The notes under the pieces: generated by a model
Seen by the model: only the letters and a program-made list of their open reading frames with translations
Told to the model about the DNA's origin: nothing
Database searches by the model: none
Part shown: piece by piece, positions 1 to 12,900 of the stretch
Numbering within the stretch: position 1 is the first letter of the stretch
How the letters are laid out: each line of letters opens with the position of its first letter
From: Schizochytrium sp. TIO01
Lineage: Eukaryota > Protista > Bigyra: Labyrinthulomycetes
Reading direction: 5' to 3'
DNA length: 64,000 bases
Assembly: GCA_004764695.1 (NCBI GenBank)
Contig: SMSO01000032.1
Coordinates: 3,814,483 to 3,878,482 of the forward strand
Program-made: the position numbers and the translations under genes

Positions 1-1971
1 AGAGCTAGAAAGATGACTTAGGAGCCCCCAGGGCCCCGCCGATGCCAAGACCAGCCCGACACAGTCGGCCGCGGCAGAACGCGACGAGTCTGAGGCAAAG
101 AAAAGCCAGAAATGGCGAAAAAGGAGTCCATGAGAGGCGCTCACGACCGCCACGCCGCTCGCTGACGGGGCGCTGGAGGATCGAAGGCGCTAACACATGC
201 AAAATATGATACGTAACGAGATGTTCGGGGGGCTGGTTGCGCAGAGAGACGTACCTCGAGCCTCGCGCGGAGGAGCGTTTGCTGTGCCGACGACGATGAC
301 AATCTTTGAAAGAGAGAGAGAGAGAGAGATACTATTGACAAAGACAACATGGAACATAGAACAGAACAAAAAAGAACGCTTCTATGCTAAAATATGGAGA
401 AAAATCAATCGCTATTAAAACATAACAGTATGCGCTTCTAGGATATGTATACGCGATAAGGTAGAAGTCCACGTAGGATCCTTTTTCCTCTTTTCCATGC
501 TTTTGGTTTCTTATTTTACTCAAGTTGATCTTTGTTGGCTCTAATGATGAGCTGTTGAGGTGTCGTTAGTAGAGAAAAGGCAGCTTTTGATGACGTGAAG
601 AGGGAAAGATCACAGGGAATCAAGAGATATGAGACGTCCGCTCGCAATAATCAATAACTAATAGCCACTTCGGTACCTGACGATACGTAGTTCTGATCGA
701 GGCTGTATCTTTCTTTCTTTCTTTCTTTCTTTCCCTCAGCTTCTTCCTCTTTTGATTTTTAGTGATAAATTAAAAATCCCGCAGTGACTTTCCGGTAGAC
801 TAATGTGAGGGGTGATTGTTTGTCATTTGTGAGGATATTTACAATGGATACTTGCCAGTGGAGACAGAGATAAAGAAATGGTAATTATTGACAGTGCTTT
901 TCCTCTCAAGATCCACTGAAGCATATTTAGATATAACGTCTAGTGGAACTTTACCAATAATTTGTGATGCTGATGGTATGTTATAATTATATGATCCTAA
1001 TGTGAGAGAGTCAGTGGAGGTAAGAGGTACAACACTGAGGTTAGGTGCTAGAAAGCAGAGTAAAACAGAGTAAAGCACAATACAAATGCTGAGTCGAATA
1101 TTGGATTTCTTCCTTCACGATGATTAATGTTCAAGTGCATCGTGATGGTTGGGAGGCATTTAACTTAAATTTGAGCTGGTAAGTGCAGTACGTGCTCTCA
1201 AAATTTGTCATCAAAAAGCATTACGAAAGCCAGATCGTTCGTTTTGAATGCATCGCGACGCTCATTAAACAATGAAACTATTCCCACAAAATGTCTGGGA
1301 TACGATACCCTTGAGAAATGCTAACCCTTGGTTCTGCTTAAATAACTTACTCGTGTCTGGTAGTTTTTCTGACGAACTGTACTTCATTTGCAATTTTCAG
1401 AATAGGTATACACATTAGCACTATTCTGTGTCGGAGTAATAGTTACCTCAAAACCTGGCCGCATACTAGTTTTAGTGCTGGCGTTCCTTGAAGTTGAGGA
1501 TAACAGAAATGGTGCAAATTCAATACTAAAACTACCTCCTGAAGTTTTTTTTTTAAAGAGGTGAACAAAAATGCAAGTGCGAAACCTAGTTATAATGGTT
1601 ACCAATGAAACTGCATTAAACAGGCAATTAAAAAGTCCCCAACCTAGAGAAATCGTTAATTTATACTGCTTACACTATTAGGAGCTTCACGGGTGCGTTT
1701 TAACATTACTATAAATCTCCTAACCTCTGTGAAGTAAGTTGGGGAGATCGTGCAAGAGAACTAGCTTCTCTGCGCATACGCGTGTGAGAAAAATGTAGGA
1801 TGTACAGTGCTTGTTGGGCATTCTGTTCAAGGTCCCAGCCTGAATCATTGCAAATTCATTCGCATACCTACACGTAAACTACTATGTCCTGTGACATAAT
1901 GTCAGTGCACAGAAATGCCAAAGTGCACCACAAATCACAAGCAACGTCAGGCGGACTGGCTCGTCTACCGA

Positions 1972-2262
1972 TTAACTAATTGCACGACTGCCTGAATTCC
2001 TGACTGTCTGGTCGAATGGTAGATGGTCACGGCTCATCGAATTCACAAAACACCTTGCATTCTCAAGACTAATTACCCTTGAAAACAACCCCAGTTCACC
2101 ACAATCTGAATATAGCTTTTGAAGCTTTTCATGTTGTTGGAAACTGTCGTCCAGGTCAAGCATCGCGATGGACAAGCGAACGACATCTCTTCGGCCACCT
2201 AGATAGCCCGCTAGCTCTTTGTTGAAATCGCCCACCAATACTGCTATCCCAACATGGCAGAA
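1972..2262 (-). mobile_element. Possible decayed EEP/APE endonuclease fragment (non-LTR retrotransposon relic)
   Basis: AVLVGDFN ... LDLDDSF ... SRDHLP in the order of the EEP motifs GDFN / L.D.W / SDH.P; no ATG, and an in-frame stop upstream. Confidence 0.3.
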
Positions 2263-3378
2263 TTACACAAATTATTGTCGAGGTGGCACCCTCGTTAACG
2301 CCCTCATTGCTTTCGCGTAGTGCCTAGGAACCTACACTAAATTAATCCACCTAAGCTGTTTCAATCCCAACCCAAGCTCCTAATTTACTCCAAACTCCGC
2401 ACGGTAGAAAGACCCCTACCCTGAAGCCCATAAGCCAAACTTCTCAACGCCAAGCAAAGCGACCTAGAAGACTACCCTCGTGCTGACCTCCCTCCATCCG
2501 TCGTGGCGCATGAGCTGCCCGGTCGTTCTCCACGGGTTCCGCACCCGTTCCCTCCCCTTTCGTTCATCTATCATTTATGAGGCCTTATGTATGTATATAT
2601 AATATAATTGAAATCAATTCTAACCACCACGCTTTGCAGAGCTAAGAGCGGCAGCCCTATACCCATCCTACCCATAACGCTAGGACCCGCCTTTGAAAAG
2701 AATGGCTGTTCCCAAAGAAAGAACGCAGATGTGGAATAGAAAGCCAACCATCACCAATGTAGCGGTTATTTAGCCTTTCGTATAGCATCTTCTTCTTGTT
2801 TTGTTTTTTTGCCAAGTGGAATGTATAGAATATGGTATAATCCCTGGCACATACTTTTGTGTGATGGGGGAAAGTAGATAGTCCTCAGGCTTATGGCAAC
2901 CGATTCTTTTCTTCACAGCTAATGTGGCTTTAAACGGCTGTCTTTGTAAAAGTGAAAGGAAATGAATTCGAGGAAATAGTCTGAGAGTCTTTTCATTTTA
3001 ATTCTCTGTTTGTTTTTTAATTTAATCATATAGATGTATATCATATACATACAATTCATTTTTTTAACTGTTGTTTTGAATTAAAATAAAAAATAAAAAT
3101 AAATAGCCTGCCATAGACATAACTGTAGACATCCTAAAGAGATTTAAAGGTCAATTGATGAAAAGAAATAATTATTCAATCGTGGTTGCTTTCATTCACC
3201 TTCTGCTCCGAAGCGCCACAGCGCTGCCAGTTCGAGAGGGTTCAAGTGCCCCTACTGGCACTTCGGTGGTGCCAGTGCCGGTGCAGAAGCAAAGGCCCTC
3301 CCCGGCGGTATTTAAGTTTAGCTTTTGAGAGATCTGACCCGGGGAGTGCAGAATCCAATCTGCACATCGTCGGACGCC

Positions 3379-6300
3379 ATGGCGATGGTTTCTGGGAGGC
3401 AAGATGACGGCTTTGTGGAGAAGACCGTTCGTGGCGTCAAGGTGAAGTTTCCATTTGAGCCTTACGGAGTGCAAATGGCGTATATGAGCAAACTTTTGGC
3501 GGCTGTGGAAGAAAAGGGGAAGTTCGCCCTGCTGGAGTCGCCCACGGGAACTGGTAAAACTCTTGCCATCCTCAGCGCACTCCTGGGGTGGCAAGAAACT
3601 CAAAAACAGCGACTCTCCCATGCGCAAACACGCGTGAACTCGGGTGTAAACCCTTTGGATATGAAAACTGCAAATTCGGAACCGAGGCCACCGGTCATCA
3701 TATATGCCAGTCGTACACACAGTCAGTTGAGCCAGGTTGTGCAGGAACTTAAGCGTACAGCATACAGGCCACGCGTGACAATCCTCAGCTCACGAGACAA
3801 TATGTGCGTACATCCAGAGGTGCGACAAAAGCAAGGCACAGATATGAGACACACATGCCGCATGTTGACAAAAAGTCACGCTTGTCAGTATCATGAAAAA
3901 GTCGAGCAATTCCTAGGTAACCTCTCTCTCGACGGGACCACTGTGGCTTCGAGGTCAGGTTTTCTGCGAAATGAGGATAACAATGGGAGTAAGGGAAGCG
4001 GAAGTGTCGACGACGCCACCCTTATGAGACGTAATATGATTATGGATATCGAGGAGCTTGGTAATCACAGTCAAAGACAAGGCGTTTGTCCATATTATTT
4101 GTCAAGAGCAAAGCAGGTGCAAGAGGCTGCAGAGATTGTCTTCATGCCTTATAACTACCTCGTCAATGCCACAACTCGACAAGGTCTTGAGGTCCGTTGG
4201 GCAAATTCTGTCATAGTGGTTGATGAGGCGCACAACTTAGAGCAGGTGTGTGACGAATCATCATCATTTACACTCTCGGGCAGTGACCTTGCACAGGCAA
4301 TTGATGAGATCGATGAAGCTGCATCGTCAATGGAGTCTAAAGACGAAGCAACTCTCCCCGAGGGTCTCACACTAGAGCGAGTGGCACAAGCAAAACAGAT
4401 TGTCATGTTCACTGAAAATAAGATCCAGGGCATGGAATTAGCTCCCATCAAAACAATGGGTAACGTCGTCGGTAGAGCCCTTCCTGGTGATGCCATTTTC
4501 TGGTTTTTTCCTGTTCATCACCAAGGCCTTCCGGGATCAGAGGTCACCGAGTGTATTGCGCTTTTTAAAGCCATCCAGGACTACCACGGCCGCGCTGCGT
4601 ATCTTGAAAAATATGTTTCCGCGTTCGAGCGTGCTCTCTCAGAAACCTCAAGATTAAAACCCAATGAGCAAGCTGCTCTCTATTACAAGACCTTCCTCAG
4701 AGAGGAGCCTCTGCCAAACCCCCGCAACTCACGTGGGCCGCAACGAATGACACGAACTTTGAACTTTTGGTGTTTTAGCCCTGGTGTGGCTCTTGGAGAA
4801 CTCCAGGCAAAGAATGTTCACTCCATTATTCTCACAAGTGGTACACTTGCTCCACTTTCCTCTTTCGCTGCGCAAATGCGCACGCCATTCCCAGTACAAC
4901 TGGAAAACCCTCACGTAGTCAAAAATAACCAGGTACTCATTCGAGTTGTTGGCAAAGGTGTGACAGGCAAGAAATTGACTTCCACTTTTCAGAATCGAGA
5001 CAACCCACAGTATCTTGCGGAGCTGGGAAACACAATTGCAAGTTTTGTCCGGATAGTCCCCGATGGCATGCTTGTTTTCTTCCCAAGTTATCGTACCATG
5101 ACTACTGCTTTGCGCGCATGGAAAGAAAATGGTACACTAAATCGCTTCAAGTCTCACAAAGAGCTTTTTGAAGAAGCACGCAATGCGGCTGACATGGGAA
5201 AGGTCGTTGAGCGCTATGAGGCAGCAATCAGTGCTGGGCGTGGAGGTATTTTCTTTGCAGTGTGCCGCGGTAAGGCTAGTGAGGGTATCGATTTTGCTAA
5301 CTCCAAAGCTCGAGCAGTAATTATCACAGGGTTGCCGTATCCTCCCAAGGTCGATCCGCAAGTAGTCCTCAAGTGGCAATTCCTTGACCAGCAACGTCCA
5401 GACCCATCTCAACCACAAGCAAAACTTTCTGGACAAGAGTGGTATGGGCAACAAGCATATCGTGCAGTAAATCAGGCCATTGGCCGTGTAATCCGTCATA
5501 GAAACGATTATGGAGCTATTCTTCTGTGTGACGAGCGCTTCGGCTTCGAGAGTACACGCAAATCTATCTCAATGTGGCTTCGAAACCGCGTGCAGGTCAG
5601 TCAGAACTTTGGTGATATCAATAAAGAACTTGTAACATTTTACAAGACCAACCTTGCTGATCGAAGCCTCAATCAGTACGCAAATCCCTCTTCCGCAACG
5701 TCAAGTCGCCCAGTCCTTGCTTATGAGGATGAATCTGGCAGCAGCAGTACGAGTAGCACTCGCATGGCAACGAACTCAATGGACGGCAAGTCTTCATACC
5801 TGGAACGTCGGCGTCAGATGGGTGAAGTTGGAATGAAACGAAGCATATCCGAGATCTCAGCTGGAAATATGGGTACTCGAGGGACATTAAATGGTCGTGC
5901 TGGCAGTTCTTCCAAGGACGTCAACTTAGAAACGCTTTTGAATGCACACTTGCCAGATAAACGATTTGAAGACGCAAATGCACGGAACTGGGTTGCCCCG
6001 AAGCTCACTGCTGAGGAGCGTAAACAAAAGCAAGAGGAACAGGAGCGCCGTTTGCAGGAACAAAGACGTTTGGCCGAGCAAGCTCGTAAACGCAAGAACG
6101 CAGCTGTCGAAGCTGAAAGGCAACGCGTTGCAGCTAAACTAGATCGCGAGCGGATGGAAATGACAGAACGTTTAGACAAGGAGCGCAAACGCAAACGCTT
6201 AGAAGATGAATTCAATAAACCAACAAAACAACGTGATGCGGGCGCGTTTATGAAACGAGTCAAGGCTAATCTTGACTCCAACGCTTACGAACGCTTCAAG

Positions 6301-6513
6301 GTGGCACTGAAGAAAATACGAACGGTACGTACAGGCCGTTATGACGACGAAGAGATGATGGAACGTGCCTTGCCATATCTCCGCATTATGCATGACACCC
6401 TTTCAGTGGCAACATCAGGTATGGATGAACAGTTTCTTGTTGAACTTGCTCAATATATGCCTCTTCAGTTCCGCGCTTTGTATAAGCGTGTTGTATTTGA
6501 TCAGATCAAATGA
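3379..6513 (+). CDS. RTEL1: Regulator of telomere elongation helicase 1 (XPD/Rad3-family Fe-S DNA helicase)
   Basis: Q motif FPFEPYGVQ, Walker A ESPTGTGKT, SRTHSQL, four Fe-S cysteines (NMCVH, TCRM, ACQY, CPYY), DEAH, TSGTL, RGKASEGIDF, QAIGRVIRH. C-terminal AFMKRVK..L....YERF resembles the RTEL1 harmonin-N-like domain. First ATG is at 3379; the ORF-track start 3325 is TTG. Confidence 0.9.
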   Translation: MAMVSGRQDDGFVEKTVRGVKVKFPFEPYGVQMAYMSKLLAAVEEKGKFALLESPTGTGKTLAILSALLGWQETQKQRLSHAQTRVNSGVNPLDMKTANSEPRPPVIIYASRTHSQLSQVVQELKRTAYRPRVTILSSRDNMCVHPEVRQKQGTDMRHTCRMLTKSHACQYHEKVEQFLGNLSLDGTTVASRSGFLRNEDNNGSKGSGSVDDATLMRRNMIMDIEELGNHSQRQGVCPYYLSRAKQVQEAAEIVFMPYNYLVNATTRQGLEVRWANSVIVVDEAHNLEQVCDESSSFTLSGSDLAQAIDEIDEAASSMESKDEATLPEGLTLERVAQAKQIVMFTENKIQGMELAPIKTMGNVVGRALPGDAIFWFFPVHHQGLPGSEVTECIALFKAIQDYHGRAAYLEKYVSAFERALSETSRLKPNEQAALYYKTFLREEPLPNPRNSRGPQRMTRTLNFWCFSPGVALGELQAKNVHSIILTSGTLAPLSSFAAQMRTPFPVQLENPHVVKNNQVLIRVVGKGVTGKKLTSTFQNRDNPQYLAELGNTIASFVRIVPDGMLVFFPSYRTMTTALRAWKENGTLNRFKSHKELFEEARNAADMGKVVERYEAAISAGRGGIFFAVCRGKASEGIDFANSKARAVIITGLPYPPKVDPQVVLKWQFLDQQRPDPSQPQAKLSGQEWYGQQAYRAVNQAIGRVIRHRNDYGAILLCDERFGFESTRKSISMWLRNRVQVSQNFGDINKELVTFYKTNLADRSLNQYANPSSATSSRPVLAYEDESGSSSTSSTRMATNSMDGKSSYLERRRQMGEVGMKRSISEISAGNMGTRGTLNGRAGSSSKDVNLETLLNAHLPDKRFEDANARNWVAPKLTAEERKQKQEEQERRLQEQRRLAEQARKRKNAAVEAERQRVAAKLDRERMEMTERLDKERKRKRLEDEFNKPTKQRDAGAFMKRVKANLDSNAYERFKVALKKIRTVRTGRYDDEEMMERALPYLRIMHDTLSVATSGMDEQFLVELAQYMPLQFRALYKRVVFDQIK

Positions 6514-7274
6514 TTATATGTTTGTTGAATTTGATATTTGTCATCTAAATCTTATTCTGTTTGGAAATGAAACAGAATAAAAGCAATAAAAAGTTCTAAT
6601 TTCACACGTAACAAGAATTTAATTTGATCCATGACTATAGCTTACTGATTTTTTCTTTTTGGATGATCATTCTTAAGGAAGTTATATACAAATGTGTAAA
6701 TTCTTCTTGTGCACCTAGATGAACATGTGAGCAAAGGAAGTACGGTTTCTTTTCATTCGCAGAAATTTAAAAATGGAAACGCAAACAAAAAAAGTGGGTC
6801 AGATGTTGTTGTAATTAAGGTTGTTTTGGTTATTTACGAAACTGCGTTTGCCCATGTGTCACTTTCGATACTTGGACTTTAAATTCCTCGTAGTTGTTGG
6901 CTGTTTTTCTTGTAATGTTTTTGAGAATGACTCACAGGTGACAGCCTGAGCTTGTGCATGTTTGTGTAGAACACGGATACAGCGCCCGGAACAGATGCAT
7001 CACAAAATGCTCGGAAGTAATTACTTGCTCCCATAAAGGCAACCAGGATGACTAGAAGCATCATTAGCCTTTACTTCATATGGTGTGAATTTGTTAACGT
7101 TTGCCAGTGAGTGGCGCTACTTGAAAGAGAACAAATTATGAAAAAGACAAGGACAGTGGCGATCCTCATCATCTGCTTGATTGAAGCTTAGTGTAAGCAT
7201 CGCTCTCAGGTCTTTGCGGGTTACTTTCTCCTTTCAAGCTGTAAAAAGGATATTGTTATCATTGTTGTTGTTGT

Positions 7275-8039
7275 CTACCAGGAGCCGCCGGTCTCGGAGC
7301 CCGCCTTGGGGTCCACAAAGGACTTGTAGCTCCACTCAGTGGAAAGCTCCACAGGCTCATCCACAGCCGGTCCCTTCTTAGTTGCCTGAGCAAAAGTGAT
7401 CTTGTTGATAGTACGGCAGTCACGGTAGAAGAGCGTGCGCATGCAGTCCTCCAGAAGCTCGCGTGCCTCGGCCTCGCTCATGTTCTCCTTCCAGCGTCGT
7501 CGCAGAATAGGCATTGCCATGTGAAGACCAAGGCCAGTAGCCACAAAGTCACATTCGTAGGCAGTTCCAATCTTGTCGGTGGTACCGAGAAAGGTCTCGC
7601 CGTCGTGAAATCCCGCAATGACGAGGTTGTTCCACAGAGGGTTCATCTGGGAGCGGCGGTGGTACAAAATACGGGCCATGCAGCTCCAAATCTCCTTCGG
7701 ACTGTGCGTAATACCATCAGCAACGCATGCATCCTCAACTTCAAGCTCCTTGAGAATGTCCTGGATGTACTGGAAGTCACTGTAATCGCCATCAGAGCCC
7801 ACCAAAGTGTATCCTCCAGTCGTCACGATGCGACGAAGATCCGTGAATCGCGAGAGAGACCCATAAGATCCAAGCGTATCGGCAGCCATGAGAACACCGC
7901 CTTTGTACTTGAGAGCAACAACAGATGTACCTGTCACGATGGGGCTCGTCGTGTGCTTGTGCGGCTCGCTAGCGGCGTGGCCAGCAGAGAGATCCACGCC
8001 GTGAGCGGCGCAGGAGAAAGTCTGGGAAACGGAGGCCAT
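7275..8039 (-). CDS. PSMB4: 20S proteasome subunit beta-7 (PSMB4/Pre4)
   Basis: TTSPIVTGTSV, AADTLGSYGSLSRF, LYHRRSQMNPLWN, LFYRDCR; start context gcaagATGg. Confidence 0.95.
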   Translation of the reverse strand: MASVSQTFSCAAHGVDLSAGHAASEPHKHTTSPIVTGTSVVALKYKGGVLMAADTLGSYGSLSRFTDLRRIVTTGGYTLVGSDGDYSDFQYIQDILKELEVEDACVADGITHSPKEIWSCMARILYHRRSQMNPLWNNLVIAGFHDGETFLGTTDKIGTAYECDFVATGLGLHMAMPILRRRWKENMSEAEARELLEDCMRTLFYRDCRTINKITFAQATKKGPAVDEPVELSTEWSYKSFVDPKAGSETGGSW

Positions 8040-9969
8040 CTTGCTTCAAGTCGGAATTGGCGCTCTAAATTAGAACGTTTGCAGATTTACTGTATATCTG
8101 GTTCGTGAGTTTGTAGAAGGTCTAAAGCTCAAACGGCCGCTTCTTTAGAGATACTTCGCAGCGAGCTCGAGAGAACTTCGATCGGATCGACCGCGAAGAG
8201 TGAGAGAGGGAGGGACACGCAGAGAGAGCCGATGTCACGCGAAGAGAAGGGCGTCGAGTAGGGCAGGATGAGTTAATCACCCGTCCGAAAGTACCGCAGC
8301 AGTCCGAGAGGTCTCGCGCACGAGCTGAGGCGATCTTGGTCTGCTCTTCTGCTGCTTCTCCTTCTTTCTTCTTCTCTCTTCTTCTTTCTATCCATGACCA
8401 CGTTAACCTCAACACAAACCGAAGCACTAAGCATAGCTACCCTAAACAGTAGTACTCGATGCTATCGTTCCAAGTCGTTCAAGAGTCCAACATAAATCGA
8501 AACAGCTTGCAATTTGCAAAACTTAGTGTCAAGCTGTAAACTATTCATACTAACCCAACGCATTGAAAGCAAAGAGAAGACTTGCTTTTGTCTGTTCAAA
8601 TAGGCACTGACTCGCATGCTTTGAAGCAAATAGCAATTTCATGAAATCAAGGGAAGGCTAGAAAGCTTGGGTGAGATTTGATTAGAACAAAACACCTATC
8701 AAAAGAGAACTACTGCTAACTATATGAGGCGAACTGAACAGGTCTGTCCCCCAAAAAAGAACGCAAGCGATTGTTCTGTATGGTTAGAACGCGTTCTTTT
8801 TGGTCTTCTGCTTCGCTCGGCTTCCCTCTAAGAGAGGGGTATAGTAGAACTATAAAATGTCAGTGTATAGTCTTAATATGAACGAAAAATGAGGACAGCT
8901 AAATGAAGGACATTAATATACACCCCACCTAAACACTAAATAGAGTAGATAGTCATAAGAGGTCTAAGGAGAAAAAGAGACTTATAGATCCGGTTAGAGT
9001 TCTGGGAGAATAATACGAAATGGTGAGCGAAATAGTTGGCGCGTTGAAGTATAATCAAAGCAAGAAGAGATCAGGGGAGGAGTTAATAACGGAGAAATAT
9101 AACTATCAAAGGTAATTCCGAAACCGGAGTCAAGTTGGAAATGGAGCTTAGAATGTATGAGCTGTAAAGTTATGTGGTAGTACTTCACGACAAGGAGTCG
9201 GAGAAATACGAGAGTGTGTTAGGTCATTGAAAGTTTGTTGCTGCCCGAATATTATTATCTTGGCACGGCGCGGAGGGCTTTAACAACGGAGTTCTTACCT
9301 GCGTTTTAGCATTCTGAAAGCACCGTTATTTGTATGATACAAAGTGTTAAGTTTGTTTGATAGATCAGTTTACTGTCTTTTCAATGATGGCAGATTGAGA
9401 CGAAGATTGAAGGTAGGGAAGAGAAGCTATGCCTGATGGAATGAGAGGGTGATGCAAATCAAGAAAAGAATTTTTACTCTATGTTCTCATAGTATTGTGT
9501 AGGGAATTTGATAAGACACTTGAGCAAGCATATAAAGGTTCTGGGAATCGGTCGAAGCACTTATTTCCGATAAGATTGAACTTCATTCTTAAGACACGTG
9601 CTACAGACAAATAGAGGCACGTTCTCGCCGCTTAGGCGACTAAGTTGCCAAGACATCTTTGCACAATCAAAAGCCTCGAAGACGCGCTCGTGCTCAGGAG
9701 ATGCATGCTGGCGCCACGATTTAATCTTAGCAAACAACGCCTGGATCTACAGGGATTAAGTATCAAATTCAAAGCAAAAGGGAAAGTGACGCACACGCGT
9801 GTGAGTGTAGCACAAAAGAATAGGCAAGCAAGAGAACAATTTAACCTGAAGATAGTCGTGTATTGCAGCTGTAGTTTAAGATTCTGAGTGAAGGCGGTCA
9901 GCCTAAGCATCCTCTTGGCAGACCCTTCGGGAGTTGGCTGAAAGCTCCAAAAGAGTTGACAAAAGCACC

Positions 9970-12900
9970 ATGGGTGGTGGCGGAGCTTGTACGACACACA
10001 AAATACCTGTCTCAAATAGGGTTGTGGATGATCGCTATGCGATTCACTGCCAACAACTCCATCTCAGAAATCTATTGAATGCCAAACCTGAGGTACAATT
10101 TGGCAGAGCAACCTCTGCATCCAGTTCAAACAAAGATGGTGATTGCAAACGAAAGAAACCACGCAGTTTAATCAAATCGCAACAAGAGCGTGAACGTGAA
10201 CGTCAAGTAAAACTAGAAAACAAAGCACTCCTCCGAAAGCTCATTGATATCGATCGAACAGCAGAACAAAAGCGGTCAGAATTAGTTGCAAGAAAAAAAC
10301 GGCGCCTCCGAGATGCAAAGAGGCGACTACAGGCTGCTGAAGCTTCTGGGAATAGCCTTGACCGAGAAGTTGCTCTTGAGTTTGCTGAAAAAGCTTCAAT
10401 GACAACAACTATGCAACGTGCACATGCAAACAAGGTGATCGCTCGAGTGTCACGTATTAAAAGAGAGCAGCAGCGAATTGATGAGGAGAACCTACGTATT
10501 ATGAAACGTATTATTACAGCTCGACCAACGATATCCTCTAAAGTGTTGGAGCGCGAAGCAAAGAAGCATGATCAACTCATCCAGAGCATGTCTGGTTATG
10601 CTCAACACAAAGTTCTTGATTTGTCTCATCTCACACTTCAAGCTGTGCAAGCTGACTCGCCCACGCCACGAAGGCCAGCAGTTCCCCGCACCAGGAGTCG
10701 TCCTGCATCAGCAGTCCGAGGAGTTCGTACTCATAATGTGCCTCAAGAACCAGTGTATCATGCGTCTGCATCGTCCTCGATGCAACGTAAAGTGTGGGTG
10801 CCAGGTGATGGAGAGACTGAATCAATCTACGGTTCCTCGAAGTTAATGCAAATTATTATGAACAATGATAGCGATGATGAGCTTGAAAAACCAAAGCCTT
10901 CTTCTCATGAAGGCTCAGATAGATGGAGCCGAGCTCCCGAACCGTCTATTTATAGTTCAGGGCAAAGCCAAAGATCTGGGAGATATCTTCATTCCGAGCA
11001 AGAGGAAGAAACTTTTACACCCCAAGCTCCCGAACCGTCTATTTATAGTTCAGGGCAAAGCCAGAGATCCGGGAGATATCTTCATTCCGAGCAAGAGGAA
11101 GAGACTTTTACGCCCCCTTGGGGTGGCCCAGCAGGAAACATTGACAATTCAGGCCAGGATACGTATGATTTTAAAGATAACTCAGGTCGTTCTGCTGCAT
11201 CAAGATCCCACAACCCTTATAATCAAGTCAAGGAGTCTTCGTATAGACAATCGGAGTCAACTAATATCATTACACAGGCAAGTGATACAAATATATATAG
11301 CAGCAATCAAGCAGATCCATCCTCGTCTGAGGAATATTCCAAAAATGCATATCAGCTCGAGGTACCACAAATAAACTTCTCGGAGTCAAACTTTAGTAGT
11401 ATCTCTTCTGAAAAGCAGAACTTCAATTCTTCCTTTCAAGAAAATGATATGTCAGACTATGACTCCTCATCGCCAAAGAAGAAGAGCACAGAGAATGAAG
11501 ATTCAGAAAGTCAAGGTGCTGATGTTTTAGTATTGCCAATTCAGGATTATAGATATGATATTGAAGATAATGCTGACACAGATGCGCATGCAGTTGAAGA
11601 GCTGAATTCTGCACATTCTTTAAATGACATTCATCATGATCAGTCGCCAGGTTCTTATTTTGAGGAAGCCGAAGAAGCCGAGGAAGCCGAGGAAGCCCGA
11701 ACTCCTACTTTCACGACGAACTCCTACTATGATGAGACTAATCAGACCAGTTCTGCAAGGCCAGTAGGTCTGAGCGAAAAGAATGATAATGTAGAGATCA
11801 AGCCAACTGAAACAGAGCTTGCAGAGCACGAGAAGACTCCATCTGTGGAAATGAACAATGACGATATTGACAATGAACAATCCGGTACGAATGAGAAAAT
11901 GCCATCAGGCCATAGTCACCATACTGCTGAATCAAGAAATTCACCAGAATTAGAACAGCCTGACTTAATTGTCATCAGTGATGAAAAGGAAGAGAATCAG
12001 CTAGACGTTGCATCAGAGGGCTGTCCATCAGAAGCATTAGATTTAGTCTTACAAGACTCTTCCAAGGCCGAGAAGGAGGATTCCCATAAATCATCGAAGT
12101 TGGCACAAGAAAACAATTCTTCATCTGAAGTGCATGACGAAGAACAGCACGAGGATGTGGCTCCAAATATTGAAGCGAATGATGAAGTTGTAGACAAGAC
12201 AAACGAAGCCACCCAGAGTGTAGTTCATGTCTTAGATGCAGAAGAAGCTACAGCTACGGAAGATAAGATTGATTTGAAGGCTACCAAACTACCATCGAAT
12301 AGCTCTCCAGCAACTGAGAATTTAACAAGGCATGAGCAATGCAATATTCCCACAACGGACTCAACAGAAAGTAGCGATTCTTATCTGATGGCTATTCCTA
12401 CAAAAGAAAGACCGCCAATCAAGGCAGTTTGCTCTATAGGCAACGAAGAACCAGAAATTGAAGAAGGAGACTCAAGTCATGACAATGAAGCTAATAGTGA
12501 GGGAACCACAGAGGCTCGAAAAGGCGAAGGTGAAGAAGAAAAAATTAACAGCGTCAATGTCTCGAATGCGCATGTTCTTGAGAGCGAAACGGATTCACCT
12601 AAGACGGAAAAATTGAACAATCCTTCAGCCTCAGAAACTTGTGAAGAGGAACGAGGTACCCCAGAGTTTACATCTGACGTGAAAAGTGTAGTTAGTGCAC
12701 AAGGTGCTAGTGGTCATGAAAGCGTCTCTGAAACCAGAGAAGTAGTCTCGACACAGGAGGATGAAGAGCCAGACACAGATAAAATACTCAACTCAAACAC
12801 AAAAACTGAAGAATTAGAGTCTCCCTTTGGAGACGACGCTAACTGTGCTGAGGACTCAGGCTCTCAAGAACATGAAGAATCGCCTCCAGCAAATTTTGGA

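Noticed and set aside
8994-9188. Minus-strand KLHFQLDSGFGITF resembling a retropepsin D-S-G motif
   Set aside because: Single short motif with no gag, RT or LTR context; could be chance.
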